From an uncultured Spirochaetota bacterium (GTDB lineage Bacteria; Spirochaetota; Brevinematia; Brevinematales; JAOACQ01), in the NCBI GenBank assembly GCA_963835575.1, contig CAWIGG010000005.1, positions 96,001 through 160,000 on the forward strand: DNA of 64,000 nucleotides. Direction: 5' to 3'. The position numbers and the translations under genes were made by a program. Positions 8,927-18,157 of the stretch are shown one piece after another (the stretch's first letter is position 1; the number at the start of each line of letters is the position of its first letter). The notes beneath the pieces were generated by a model. The model was not told the DNA's origin. It ran no database searches and worked only from the letters and a program-made list of their open reading frames with translations.

Positions 8927-10486
8927 ATGGGGCTGAAAAATAAGGCTCTTCAATACAAAGAAAAGAGCTCGTCTTTTAGTGTAGAAAATCTCGAGAAACT
9001 TATCGGCGGCCGTACAATCAATTCATCAGAGATCCAGCAGCTTAAAAATGATATAGATGATTATCTTAATTCCCTTAAGACAGAACTGGACCGAAAGCTT
9101 CTGGATATGCAGACATTATTCGAAATCGGCAAGGAAATCAATTCCACCCTTCATCTTCTTGATCTCATGCAGATCATTATTTTTACGCTTATGGGCCAGT
9201 TCATGATTTCCGATGTGGCGATTTTTGTCTTTTCCGATAATGAAATGCGCCTGGTGGAAAAAAAGGGGTTTAAAGAACTTTTCTTCCTGGAAAAAGAGCC
9301 CGATTTTTATGATTTTTTAAAAAATGCTGACCACCCCCTCCTGATACAGGAACTTTTAGACTTTCCCAACCAGTATCAGGCCCTCAGCCGGAACAAGGCG
9401 GGGCTTCTGGTGCCGGTCCAAAATAAGGAAAAACTTGTCGGTATTTTTATTCTGGGAGAAAAGGGTAATAATGAACCTTATTCACCCGGCGAAAACAGTT
9501 TCATCTATACTCTCGCGTCGCTTTCCGGCATCGCCATGGATAATGCCCGGCTTTATGAAGCCCTGGAAGACGCCAACAAGCAGATCAGCAAGAAATACAA
9601 CGAGCTTTCAACACTCTATGAGATCAGCAAGGTAATTAATTCCAGCGACGATTTCCAGGCCGTGCTTGCCCTTATCACGGAAACAATAACTACCGGTTTC
9701 GGGGTCAAGCAGGCCCTTCTTTTTACATATGAAGAAGACCTTCCTGTTATTAAAAAAATAATCGGCCTTCCGGATAAAATATTAAATCAGACCATATCTC
9801 TCCTTCCGGAAGAAGAAAACCTCTTTCTTAAAATGCGTTCCGGCATCCTTACGGCCGGAAAAAGAATAAACGGAGCGGAACTTCCGGGGGAACGTTATCT
9901 TTTCATGCCCCTCGTCAGCAGCGGAACAAAAATCGGCGGGATTTTGATCTTCAATTTTGAGAATTATATCATACAGGATGACAATAATGCGCTGATAAAT
10001 CTATTCTCCATCATCGCGTCTCAAATCGCGCCTCCTCTCGCGCTTACTCGGCAGATCAGTTTTAATAAGGAAAAGAGCGATAATCCTTTCGACGCTGTTC
10101 TTAATTTAATCCGGAATGAGATTGAAAAAGCACGTCTGTTCGGAGTGACAATCCACCTGGCCATGTTAAAGCTGAATAACCTTTCAAAATATAGAGAGCA
10201 TTTCGGCGACGCCGCATCCACAGAGCAGTTTCAATCCCTGCGCGATAAAATCGGCAAACTGCTGCCCAATACAGCAAGGGCGGTCCGCTATGCTTCGAAT
10301 AAAATCCTTATCATCCTTCCGGAAGTCTTTGAAAGCGACCTGCATGATCTTGAAGACTCAATAAAATTCGCGGTAGAGGAAACATTTAAAAATAAAGATA
10401 AGATTGACGCAGGCCCGGAAATTTCTGTGATCGACTGTTCCGATGAAAGCAGGGGATTTCTCTCGCTTCTCAGCCTCATCGAATAA
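8927..10486 (+). CDS. Tandem GAF-domain protein with degenerate GGDEF-like C-terminal domain
   Basis: Two GAF repeats (LFEIGKEINS...IAMDNARLY; LYEISKVINS); C-terminal LAMLKLNNL..YREHFG...VRYASNKI is GGDEF-like without the catalytic motif. Confidence 0.8.
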   Translation: MGLKNKALQYKEKSSSFSVENLEKLIGGRTINSSEIQQLKNDIDDYLNSLKTELDRKLLDMQTLFEIGKEINSTLHLLDLMQIIIFTLMGQFMISDVAIFVFSDNEMRLVEKKGFKELFFLEKEPDFYDFLKNADHPLLIQELLDFPNQYQALSRNKAGLLVPVQNKEKLVGIFILGEKGNNEPYSPGENSFIYTLASLSGIAMDNARLYEALEDANKQISKKYNELSTLYEISKVINSSDDFQAVLALITETITTGFGVKQALLFTYEEDLPVIKKIIGLPDKILNQTISLLPEEENLFLKMRSGILTAGKRINGAELPGERYLFMPLVSSGTKIGGILIFNFENYIIQDDNNALINLFSIIASQIAPPLALTRQISFNKEKSDNPFDAVLNLIRNEIEKARLFGVTIHLAMLKLNNLSKYREHFGDAASTEQFQSLRDKIGKLLPNTARAVRYASNKILIILPEVFESDLHDLEDSIKFAVEETFKNKDKIDAGPEISVIDCSDESRGFLSLLSLIE

Positions 10487-10502
10487 AAGGAAGGGAATCG
10501 TT

Positions 10503-11384
10503 ATGCCGTCCAATCTTCTGGAAATTTCCGGCACCCTTACATCTGATTCGCCGCCCATTCAGCATGAAGGCGCAGTCCTCATCAAGGGCAACGTCGAATC
10601 CAACTGCATGATAGTCGCCAATCAGGATATCGAAATTATCGGAGATGCCGTCGGCTCTAAAATAAAATCCCTTTACGGCAGTGTTATCGTCAGGGGAGGC
10701 ATCAAGGGTATTTCTTCAACAGTTACGGCCGGACAGAATGTTGAAGCGCAGTATGTTCAGAACGCGAATATAAAAGCCTATGGGAATATAACCATAATGG
10801 ATTACGCGGACGAAGCCCATATGACGGCAAAAAAATCCATCCATATTGAAAAAGGCGAAGGCAGGATAGAAGGCGGCGAAATAGAAGCCGGGCAGGAGAT
10901 CATCGCCAATGAGATCGGGAGCCCTAAAAAAACAAACACAACGGTCAAATTGACAAACTTTCATCAGGCCGATCTTTACGGCTTTTTAATCAAATATGAA
11001 AAAGAGGCCGCCGAACTGTCAAAGCAGATACAGCAGCTTGAGAAAATCATCGAGGTCATCAAGATACTGGGAGCCAGGGTTGTGACTCTTCCCCTTGAGA
11101 AAAAACAGGAACTGGCTGCCAAAGTAAAACTCTATAATGAGCTTATTGCCAGAAAAAGCAGGCTGGAAGACGAAAAAAAAGCCCTTTACGATTCGGAAAA
11201 AAACAATGACGAGCTGGACAGGGTCATTATCGCCAAACAATCCATTTTTGAAGGCGTTTCCGTCTGCATTGACAGGGTTTCAAACCTGATACAGAGCAAG
11301 TTTGAAAAAGTGATCCTCTATAAAAAAGGCATCATCATTGTCGGGAATTTTGACGAATTCATGAAAAGAAAAAAATATGCATGA
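10503..11384 (+). CDS. FapA/DUF342 family protein (beta-solenoid plus coiled coil)
   Basis: I.HEGAVLIKGNV..., VIVRGGI, GGEIEAG..I.A.EIGS repeats; start moved to ATG 10503, which follows an AAGGAAGG RBS. Confidence 0.8.
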   Translation: MPSNLLEISGTLTSDSPPIQHEGAVLIKGNVESNCMIVANQDIEIIGDAVGSKIKSLYGSVIVRGGIKGISSTVTAGQNVEAQYVQNANIKAYGNITIMDYADEAHMTAKKSIHIEKGEGRIEGGEIEAGQEIIANEIGSPKKTNTTVKLTNFHQADLYGFLIKYEKEAAELSKQIQQLEKIIEVIKILGARVVTLPLEKKQELAAKVKLYNELIARKSRLEDEKKALYDSEKNNDELDRVIIAKQSIFEGVSVCIDRVSNLIQSKFEKVILYKKGIIIVGNFDEFMKRKKYA

Positions 11385-11463
11385 ATCCTTTCCGTATCAA
11401 TCAATATCGCCCATTTTGTCAAATCCCGAATTAAGCGATTCATACAAAATAAATATATTATTG

Positions 11464-11805
11464 GGGAGTGTCAATTTAACTGTGTCTCTTTGTTAATTAA
11501 AAACAAATATGAATCGGACATAAGAAGCATCATTGCGAAAATCCTGCTATGAACTATGACGATTAATACCGCGCGAAGCAATCTGTTAAATAATAAAGGT
11601 GCCATTAATTATCGACAGATTGCTTCGTACTGTAAATATTGGTACAGTTCAGGTCTGTGACTCGCAATGACGGACTCTAAATATAAAAGCCTTTATGAAA
11701 CTATTATTATAGTATTTAAACTTATGACAAAAGCAAAAAATATAATTATTCTTTATTCAGTAACAAATTATGATGTGTTATAGACACAGTTAAATTGACA
11801 CTCCC
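11464..11805. mobile_element. 342-bp non-autonomous MITE with IS256-like ends
   Basis: Perfect 24-bp TIRs GGGAGTGTCAATTTAACTGTGTCT (11464-11487 / 11782-11805); 8-bp TSD TATTATTG (11456-11463, 11806-11813); no ORF. Confidence 0.92.
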
Positions 11806-11846
11806 TATTATTGCTTACAAGAAAATATTAAATAATAACATTTATT

Positions 11847-11947
11847 TCACGCAAAGGCGCAGAACGATGCATTGAGCCTGCCGAAATGAACGCAAAGAAA
11901 TCAAGCTCATATTTACTTGCCTTTGCGAACTTTGAGCCTCTGCGTGA
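11847..11947. repeat. Periodic inverted-arm repeat element
   Basis: TCACGCAAAGGCGCAGAA...CGCAAAG left arm versus CTTTGCG-CTTTGAG-CTCTGCGTGA right arm. Confidence 0.75.
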
Positions 11948-12072
11948 TACAGTAACTACAAGAATCGATCAATTCAGGCAAATATTTTCCCCGCTAACTT
12001 TATTTTTTTTATTTTCAGTGGTATAATGATTGATGGATTTTTATCTATCCGTTCATTAATCAGGGGGCTCTC

Positions 12073-12561
12073 ATGGCAGGGCAGAAGTCTTCCGGAAGGA
12101 AAAAAACAAACTGGAAAATAATCCTTATTGTGTTAGGGATAATTGTAATAGCGGCCGGTTTTCTTATAATTACCATGAAGCTGATGACTTCCCGTCCTTC
12201 CAATAAATATGAAGAAGTACTGGCAAGCTACTATAAATGCAAAGCTGAAGGCAGCACAAATTCCTTATTATTATTGATCACAAAGAATTTTGAGGATGAT
12301 CTTTCCTTCATTGATTTTAAAAGCTCGACATATTCCATTTACGCCTACAATTTTGTTGAAGAAGAGAAGACAAATGATATTATTCAGGCAAAGAAAATCA
12401 CTTACAGTATTACTTTTACCGAAAATAACAGCCCTGTTTCTTATCTCTGCGAAGCATATTTCGTCAAGGAAGATGAGACCATCAAACTGATTTATATCAA
12501 GAAGCTTTATAAGGGGAAGAATATTACCCGTATGACACGGAAGAACCTTATCAAAGTTTAA
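12073..12561 (+). CDS. Hypothetical membrane-anchored protein
   Basis: Basic N-terminus, one TM helix, GGGGG RBS. Confidence 0.7.
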   Translation: MAGQKSSGRKKTNWKIILIVLGIIVIAAGFLIITMKLMTSRPSNKYEEVLASYYKCKAEGSTNSLLLLITKNFEDDLSFIDFKSSTYSIYAYNFVEEEKTNDIIQAKKITYSITFTENNSPVSYLCEAYFVKEDETIKLIYIKKLYKGKNITRMTRKNLIKV

Positions 12562-12570
12562 ATAATAACT

Positions 12571-13317
12571 CTAATCCTTACGCCAGGTATTTTCGAGAAG
12601 ACACAATTCGATCCCGCTTGAATCGCACACCTTATGGTTTGTTTTGAGAAAACCGTCCCCTTTTGTTATCTCAACAAGAGATGATACCTTTTCGCCGTAC
12701 TTCGTTTCTTTTTTATACGCTATCTTTAAACCTTCCAGGGAATAATCCCGGAGGATCTCCTCCGGAAGAGCTTCAATGGCCCAATCCACATACCGGGCGT
12801 TATTGACATGACCGTTTGTATCGATATCATTATACCTCACTGAAAACTCGCGTTCAGCATCAACGCTGATTGGCGCCTCGATCTTTTCATTCGCTATGAC
12901 TTCTTTTTTTTCTTCATCCACGCCGTAGGCTTTATAGATATCTTCAGTCACCTTGACCGGTCTCTTATTTCCGACATCGACAAGAAACCAGACGGAATGG
13001 GCTTCCGCCATTTTTCCACCGTCACTGCCGGAAATACTGTAGCGCCTGTAGGCATAATATTTATTGAAGCCCGTCGGCTCGGTCCAGACTTTAACTATAT
13101 CACGGTAGAACGGATATTTTTTTATCTCAATATTCCACTGGTAGAGCACCCATGTCAGCCCTTTTTGAGAAAGATAATCAAGCCCTATTCCCAGCTTTTC
13201 GCTTTGATGGACCGCGACATCGTCAAAAAAATTCATCATTCTGGAAATCAGGACCCTCTTTTTCAGATCAATCTCGTAATGATGGATTTCAAAGTCCTTT
13301 TCCTCAGTGTATCCCAT
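12571..13317 (-). CDS. Acyl-ACP thioesterase (double hotdog)
   Basis: DIDTNGHVNNARYVDW catalytic motif. Confidence 0.93.
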   Translation of the reverse strand: MGYTEEKDFEIHHYEIDLKKRVLISRMMNFFDDVAVHQSEKLGIGLDYLSQKGLTWVLYQWNIEIKKYPFYRDIVKVWTEPTGFNKYYAYRRYSISGSDGGKMAEAHSVWFLVDVGNKRPVKVTEDIYKAYGVDEEKKEVIANEKIEAPISVDAEREFSVRYNDIDTNGHVNNARYVDWAIEALPEEILRDYSLEGLKIAYKKETKYGEKVSSLVEITKGDGFLKTNHKVCDSSGIELCLLENTWRKD

Positions 13318-13335
13318 GTTTCCCTTCCGAAGGCC

Positions 13336-14532
13336 TTATTTCCATTTATGCTTCCTGCCGTAGACTTCCATCGGAAGGCCGAACAGCTTGATAAATCCCT
13401 TCGCGTCTTTCTGATCGTAATTCGCGCCTTCCTCAAATGTGGAGAGTTTGATGTCATAGAGGGAATCGGCCGATTTGCGGGAAGCGGCAATGCAGTTGCC
13501 TTTATAAAGCTTCATGCGGACCGTGCCGTTCACCACTTTCTGCGTTTCATCGAAAAAGCTCTGGAGGGCCAGACGCAGAGGGTGAAAATACTGGCCGTAG
13601 TAAATCATCTCGGCGTATTTCAGTTCCATCTGCTGTTTGTAATGCATCGTGTCCCTTTCCAGGGTGATCGTTTCCAGCGCCTTATGCGCTTCCATCAGGA
13701 TGGTGCCGCCTGGGGTTTGATAGACTCCCCTGGACTTGATGCCGACAAGACGGTTCTCGACAAGATCGACGAGCCCTATCCCGTTCCTGCCGCCGATCTT
13801 GTTCGCTTCTTCCAGAAGCGCGACCGGTTTAAGCTTTTTGCCGTTCAAAGCCGCCGGCATTCCTTCTTTGAACTCGACTTCCACATATTCGGCTTTATTG
13901 GGGGCGTCGGCCGGGTCAACACCCATCTGGAAAATCGACGGGTCATATTCATTCGCGGGGTCCTCCAGAAAACCGCCCTCGTAGGAGATGTGCATCAGGT
14001 TCGGGTCCATGCTGTAAGGCTTCTTTTTTGTGACGGGAACAGGTATCCTTTTTTTATTGGCGTAATCGATGAGGTCGTTCCGTGCCTTGAAGAAATCGTC
14101 TTCCTTCCATGGAGCGATGATCTTGAGATGCGGGGCCAGAGCGCGGTAAGTCAATTCGAAACGCACCTGGTCGTTCCCCTTGCCCGTAGCGCCATGGGAA
14201 ACGGCTTCCGCTTTTTCCCTCAGGGCGATTTCCACCTGCCTTTTGGCTATGATCGGGCGCGCCAGGGACGTGCCCAGAAGATATTTATACTCATAAACGG
14301 AATTCGCCTTTATCGCGTTAAAAACTGCGTCTTTTACAAACTCTTCCTTCAGGTCTTCCACGTAGACTTTGCTTGCCCCGGTTTTCAGAGCCTTCTTTTT
14401 AATGGCGGCGAAATCATCCTCCTGACCCAGGTCCGCGACATAGGCGATAATCTCGGCCTTGTATTTTTCCTTAAGCCAGGCCAGTATGACGGACGTATCG
14501 AGCCCGCCCGAATAGGCTAAAACGATTTTCAT
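13336..14532 (-). CDS. argG: Argininosuccinate synthase
   Basis: VLAYSGGLDTS, YLLGTSLARP, HGATGKGNDQVRFE, VENRLVGIKSRG. Confidence 0.99.
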   Translation of the reverse strand: MKIVLAYSGGLDTSVILAWLKEKYKAEIIAYVADLGQEDDFAAIKKKALKTGASKVYVEDLKEEFVKDAVFNAIKANSVYEYKYLLGTSLARPIIAKRQVEIALREKAEAVSHGATGKGNDQVRFELTYRALAPHLKIIAPWKEDDFFKARNDLIDYANKKRIPVPVTKKKPYSMDPNLMHISYEGGFLEDPANEYDPSIFQMGVDPADAPNKAEYVEVEFKEGMPAALNGKKLKPVALLEEANKIGGRNGIGLVDLVENRLVGIKSRGVYQTPGGTILMEAHKALETITLERDTMHYKQQMELKYAEMIYYGQYFHPLRLALQSFFDETQKVVNGTVRMKLYKGNCIAASRKSADSLYDIKLSTFEEGANYDQKDAKGFIKLFGLPMEVYGRKHKWK

Positions 14533-14612
14533 ATTAAACTCCTTTAATATACATTATGACAATAGTTTCATAATTAACAAAACTATGTTGTTAACAAATT
14601 AATAATTTGGTG

Positions 14613-14814
14613 AAACCACAAGACTCAAAGACACACCAACTAAATGGGCCTTTCACGCGAATCACACTAATCGGGAATTTATTCACAACCAAGATACCAA
14701 GAAAACTAAAAAAGGAATTTTATGTTCATAGTGGTGAATAAGCTTATTATTCGTGTCTATTAGCGTCATTAGCGGGTTTTTATTTTCTATTCCCCTTCAC
14801 GTCCATTCACGGAT
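14613..14814. repeat. Periodic inverted-arm repeat cluster
   Basis: CACGCGAATCACACTAAT and ACCAAGATACCAAG left arms; ATTCGTG-ATTAGCG-ATTAGCGG right arm. Confidence 0.7.
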
Positions 14815-14890
14815 TACATTCTTATTCATTTAATTATAATCAGAATATGGGATTTTATCAAAAAATATCAGGAACCGGGAAGGCTTTCTC

Positions 14891-15622
14891 TCAAATCCCG
14901 TATAAAAGCCTTTCACCCAGATCGGGCGGGAGCCCTTTCGATTTGATGTCCTCGAAGACCTTTCCCTGATCGTAATCATACCTGTAAAAAATCAGACGCA
15001 GCTCATCGTCGATCGTGCAGAAACTTCCTCTCGGGTCCCTGTCGCGAGGCTGGCCGGTACTGCCCGGATTAATGAGATAATAACGGTCGGGCAGAAGCGA
15101 TATACTCACGTTTTCCTGGTAAAAATAATTCCCGTCCTCATCAAAAATTCCGGGTAAATGCGTATGCCCGAAAAAGCAGATGTGAGAGCCTGTATCCCTC
15201 AGCGCGGCTATGGCCTCTTCGGCCTGGGAATGTCTTAAAATATAGGCGTCCGGGTCCGCCGGAGAACCGTGGGCCAGAAAAAAGTCATTTTCCATTTCAA
15301 TCTTTTCGGGAAGAGAAGCCAGGTATTCCTTTTCTTCCGGTTCCAGGACTTCGTCAGTCCATTCAATGGCCCTCTGAGCCCTGTCATTGGCAGACTCCCT
15401 TTGTTTTTTGTCCAGAAGCATCCGCTCATGGTTGCCGGAGATAACGGCGGCGCATTTGTCCCTGACGAATGAAATGCACTCCGAGGGCTGAGGGCCGTAG
15501 CCGACGATATCTCCGAGGCAGAGGAACACATCGCCGGGCGAAAGCATGGGCTGAATGAAGTCATTGAAACTGGAAAGCGATTCATAATTCGAGTGGATGT
15601 CGCTGATGATGATGTATTTCAT
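14891..15622 (-). CDS. Calcineurin-like metallophosphoesterase (YfcE/MJ0912-like)
   Basis: ISDIHSN, LGDIVGYG, GNHE, HGSP, GHTH, NPGSTGQPRD. Confidence 0.95.
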   Translation of the reverse strand: MKYIIISDIHSNYESLSSFNDFIQPMLSPGDVFLCLGDIVGYGPQPSECISFVRDKCAAVISGNHERMLLDKKQRESANDRAQRAIEWTDEVLEPEEKEYLASLPEKIEMENDFFLAHGSPADPDAYILRHSQAEEAIAALRDTGSHICFFGHTHLPGIFDEDGNYFYQENVSISLLPDRYYLINPGSTGQPRDRDPRGSFCTIDDELRLIFYRYDYDQGKVFEDIKSKGLPPDLGERLLYGI

Positions 15623-15657
15623 AGAGATTCCTTTTTATTAAAAAAATATTGAATTTT

Positions 15658-16256
15658 AAACACCAAGATCACCAAGGGCACCAAGAAACACTAACTATGG
15701 TTATTTTACTATTACCTCATACGATTTCTGGCTTACGCCAACTATCAAAATCCAGGCTGTTTGTCATCTTCTTATAAAAAAAAAGCATTAATAATCCAGA
15801 CACCAAACAATTCCCCGCTGTCCTCCGCTATTTTCATTCGCGTTCATTCACGTCCCTTCGCGGTTACCATTCCTTTAATCCTTCTTTCGCGGCCCTTTCT
15901 GTGAAATCTGTGGTTAATTCCCAACGTTCTATTATAATATATACTTGTAAAAGCAATAATAATGAACCACAAATCATCCACCCAAACAATTCCCCACCGT
16001 CCCCCACTATTCCCATTCGTGTTATTCGTGATTTCCCGTTCCCAGTACCCATTCGCGGGCAATCCTTTGTGGTCCTTGGTGTTCTTGGTGTTTAATACCA
16101 AACGTCCTATCATTATCAAGTATCGAATGCCCTCTAATAAAGAACCATTAATTCACCAGACACCAAAATTTCCCCAACGTCTCAGCCTTTCCTATTCGCG
16201 TCCATTCGCGGGTAACCCTTCGTGGTCCTTGGTGTTCTTGGTTTCTTCGCGGTTAA
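15658..16256. repeat. Repeat-rich intergenic region containing three degenerate ~180-bp tandem units
   Basis: CCA(GA)CACCAAA..TTCCCC at 15796, 15978, 16156; CCATTCGCGGG.AA.CCTT.GTGGTCCTTGGTGTTCTTGGT at 16049 and 16202. Confidence 0.75.
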
Positions 16257-16418
16257 CTCCCAAAATTCACCCCCTCCTCCCGTTATATTTTAAACTTAAT
16301 ATCTTTCTTTGTAAAACAATCCGGGCAAGGATTATAAGCCTATTTTTGAATTCCATAACTTGACTTTTCATATATTTGCTTTAAGCTATTATTTGTTAAA
16401 TTCTGCGGAGGCTTATGC

Positions 16419-17903
16419 ATGCCCAATGGGAAAATTAAGGTTTTAATTGTCGCGGGCGAAGCCGTACCATTCGCGAAGGTCGGGGGACTTGCGGACGTTG
16501 TGGGCGCTCTGGGTAAGGAAATACAGAAAAACGGAGCGGAAGTCAGGATCGTCATACCCAAGTACACAATCGTTTATGATTACATAAAAGAGAATAACAT
16601 TAAGATTATAAATAGCTATGATATTACTGTATCCATTGAAGAAAAGGAAGTCAAAGCCAAAGTCGATGAAGTGCAGAACGACGGGGTTATTTACTATTTT
16701 ATCGATAGCCCCTATTATTTCAAGCGCGACGGCATTTATATGGACAGCAAAACCAGGACGGATTACAGCGACAGCCTGGAAAGATTTGTGTTTTTCTGCA
16801 AATCGGTGCTGGAATGCGCGAAGGCATGCGATTTCAAACCGGACATCATACAATGCAACGACTGGCAGACAGGCCTTGTCCCGGTCTATCTCAAAACCTT
16901 TTACAAGCTCGATTCATTTTTCAAAACAACATACTCCATCTATTCAATCCACAATTTATCCTATCAGGGGATTTTTCCCGTGGAGCAGTTTACCATTACC
17001 GGCCTGGACTGGAAGTATTTTTCAGTCAACGAACTGGAATATTACGGCCATTTGAATATGCTTAAAGGCGGTATTGTCTTTTCCGATATGATCATCACCG
17101 TGAGCGAAACCTACGCCAGGGAAATCCAGATGTCCGAGTTCGGCAACGGGCTCGAGGGCATTCTTAAAGTTAAAGCCTCGCAGAAAAAGCTTTTCGGCAT
17201 CGTAAACGGCGCAGATTACAAGGAATGGAACCCGGCTGTCGATATACATATGAAAAATAAATACAAGATGAATTATGATTTTTCAACACTCGACAGAAAA
17301 AAGAAAATCAAGGAAATGTTCCTTAAAGACAGCGGCTTCAAGAATCCGGACCCGGACAAACCTGTGATCGGCATTATTTCGCGGCTGGTGGACCAGAAGG
17401 GATTCGATCTCATTTTTGAAATAATGGACGAATTATTAAAACTGGGAGTATATTTTGTTGTCCTGGGGACCGGTAAAACGGAATATGAAAATAAATTAGA
17501 AACCATCCGGGAGAGATACCCGGATAAAACGGCTGTATTTATTGAGTTTAATATACCGCTTTCACATTATATTGAAGCGGCGTCTGATATATTCCTGATG
17601 CCTTCGCGCTTTGAGCCATGCGGTTTAAACCAGCTTTACAGTTTAAAATACGGAACTATACCGGTTGTCCGGAATACGGGCGGTCTGGCCGATACGGTCA
17701 AGGACGGAAAAACGGGCTTCGTGTTTAACGATTATAATCCGGATGAATTTCTTAATACGCTTAAAAAGGCGGTACAGACTTATAGAAGTACCCCGGATAA
17801 ATGGAATAAGATCATGGAAAATGCCATGAAAGAGGACTGGTCCTGGGAACGGGCCGCGAAAAAATATTACGAGCTTTATGAAAGCTTGACAAAGAATCAG
17901 TAA
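16419..17903 (+). CDS. glgA: Glycogen synthase
   Basis: PFAKVGGLADV, NDWQ, IHNLSYQG, SRLVDQKG, PSRFEPCGLNQ, TGGLADTV. Confidence 0.98.
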   Translation: MPNGKIKVLIVAGEAVPFAKVGGLADVVGALGKEIQKNGAEVRIVIPKYTIVYDYIKENNIKIINSYDITVSIEEKEVKAKVDEVQNDGVIYYFIDSPYYFKRDGIYMDSKTRTDYSDSLERFVFFCKSVLECAKACDFKPDIIQCNDWQTGLVPVYLKTFYKLDSFFKTTYSIYSIHNLSYQGIFPVEQFTITGLDWKYFSVNELEYYGHLNMLKGGIVFSDMIITVSETYAREIQMSEFGNGLEGILKVKASQKKLFGIVNGADYKEWNPAVDIHMKNKYKMNYDFSTLDRKKKIKEMFLKDSGFKNPDPDKPVIGIISRLVDQKGFDLIFEIMDELLKLGVYFVVLGTGKTEYENKLETIRERYPDKTAVFIEFNIPLSHYIEAASDIFLMPSRFEPCGLNQLYSLKYGTIPVVRNTGGLADTVKDGKTGFVFNDYNPDEFLNTLKKAVQTYRSTPDKWNKIMENAMKEDWSWERAAKKYYELYESLTKNQ

Positions 17904-17917
17904 AGGAAGAGGTTTTT

Positions 17918-18127
17918 ATGGCTTTATCGCCCGCCGATAAGGATGCTTTTATCGCGATGCTCAACGGGGCATTCGGCAGCATTCCCTCTTTCCTAAAGGA
18001 TTTCATAAAGCCCGCTATGGTCCTTAATTATCTGCAGACAATACCCGCCAATTTCCGGGATTATACACTGAGGGAAATCATAGATGTCATTGAGGAAGCG
18101 AAACAGAATAACAAGCTTAAAATATAG
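17918..18127 (+). CDS. Small hypothetical protein
   Basis: GAGG RBS, fills the gap between glgA and the lipoprotein gene on the same strand. Confidence 0.7.
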   Translation: MALSPADKDAFIAMLNGAFGSIPSFLKDFIKPAMVLNYLQTIPANFRDYTLREIIDVIEEAKQNNKLKI

Positions 18128-18157
18128 AAAAAAATAAAATCCCCACAGGAGGTTTTT

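Noticed and set aside
12997..14520. 507-aa plus-strand ORF
   Set aside because: Antisense shadow of argG and the thioesterase; no motifs.
15658..16363. CRISPR array or small CDSs in the repeat region
   Set aside because: Repeats are degenerate with ~180-bp period, there are no identical 25-45-nt repeats with unique spacers, no cas genes, and the ORFs are translations of repeats.
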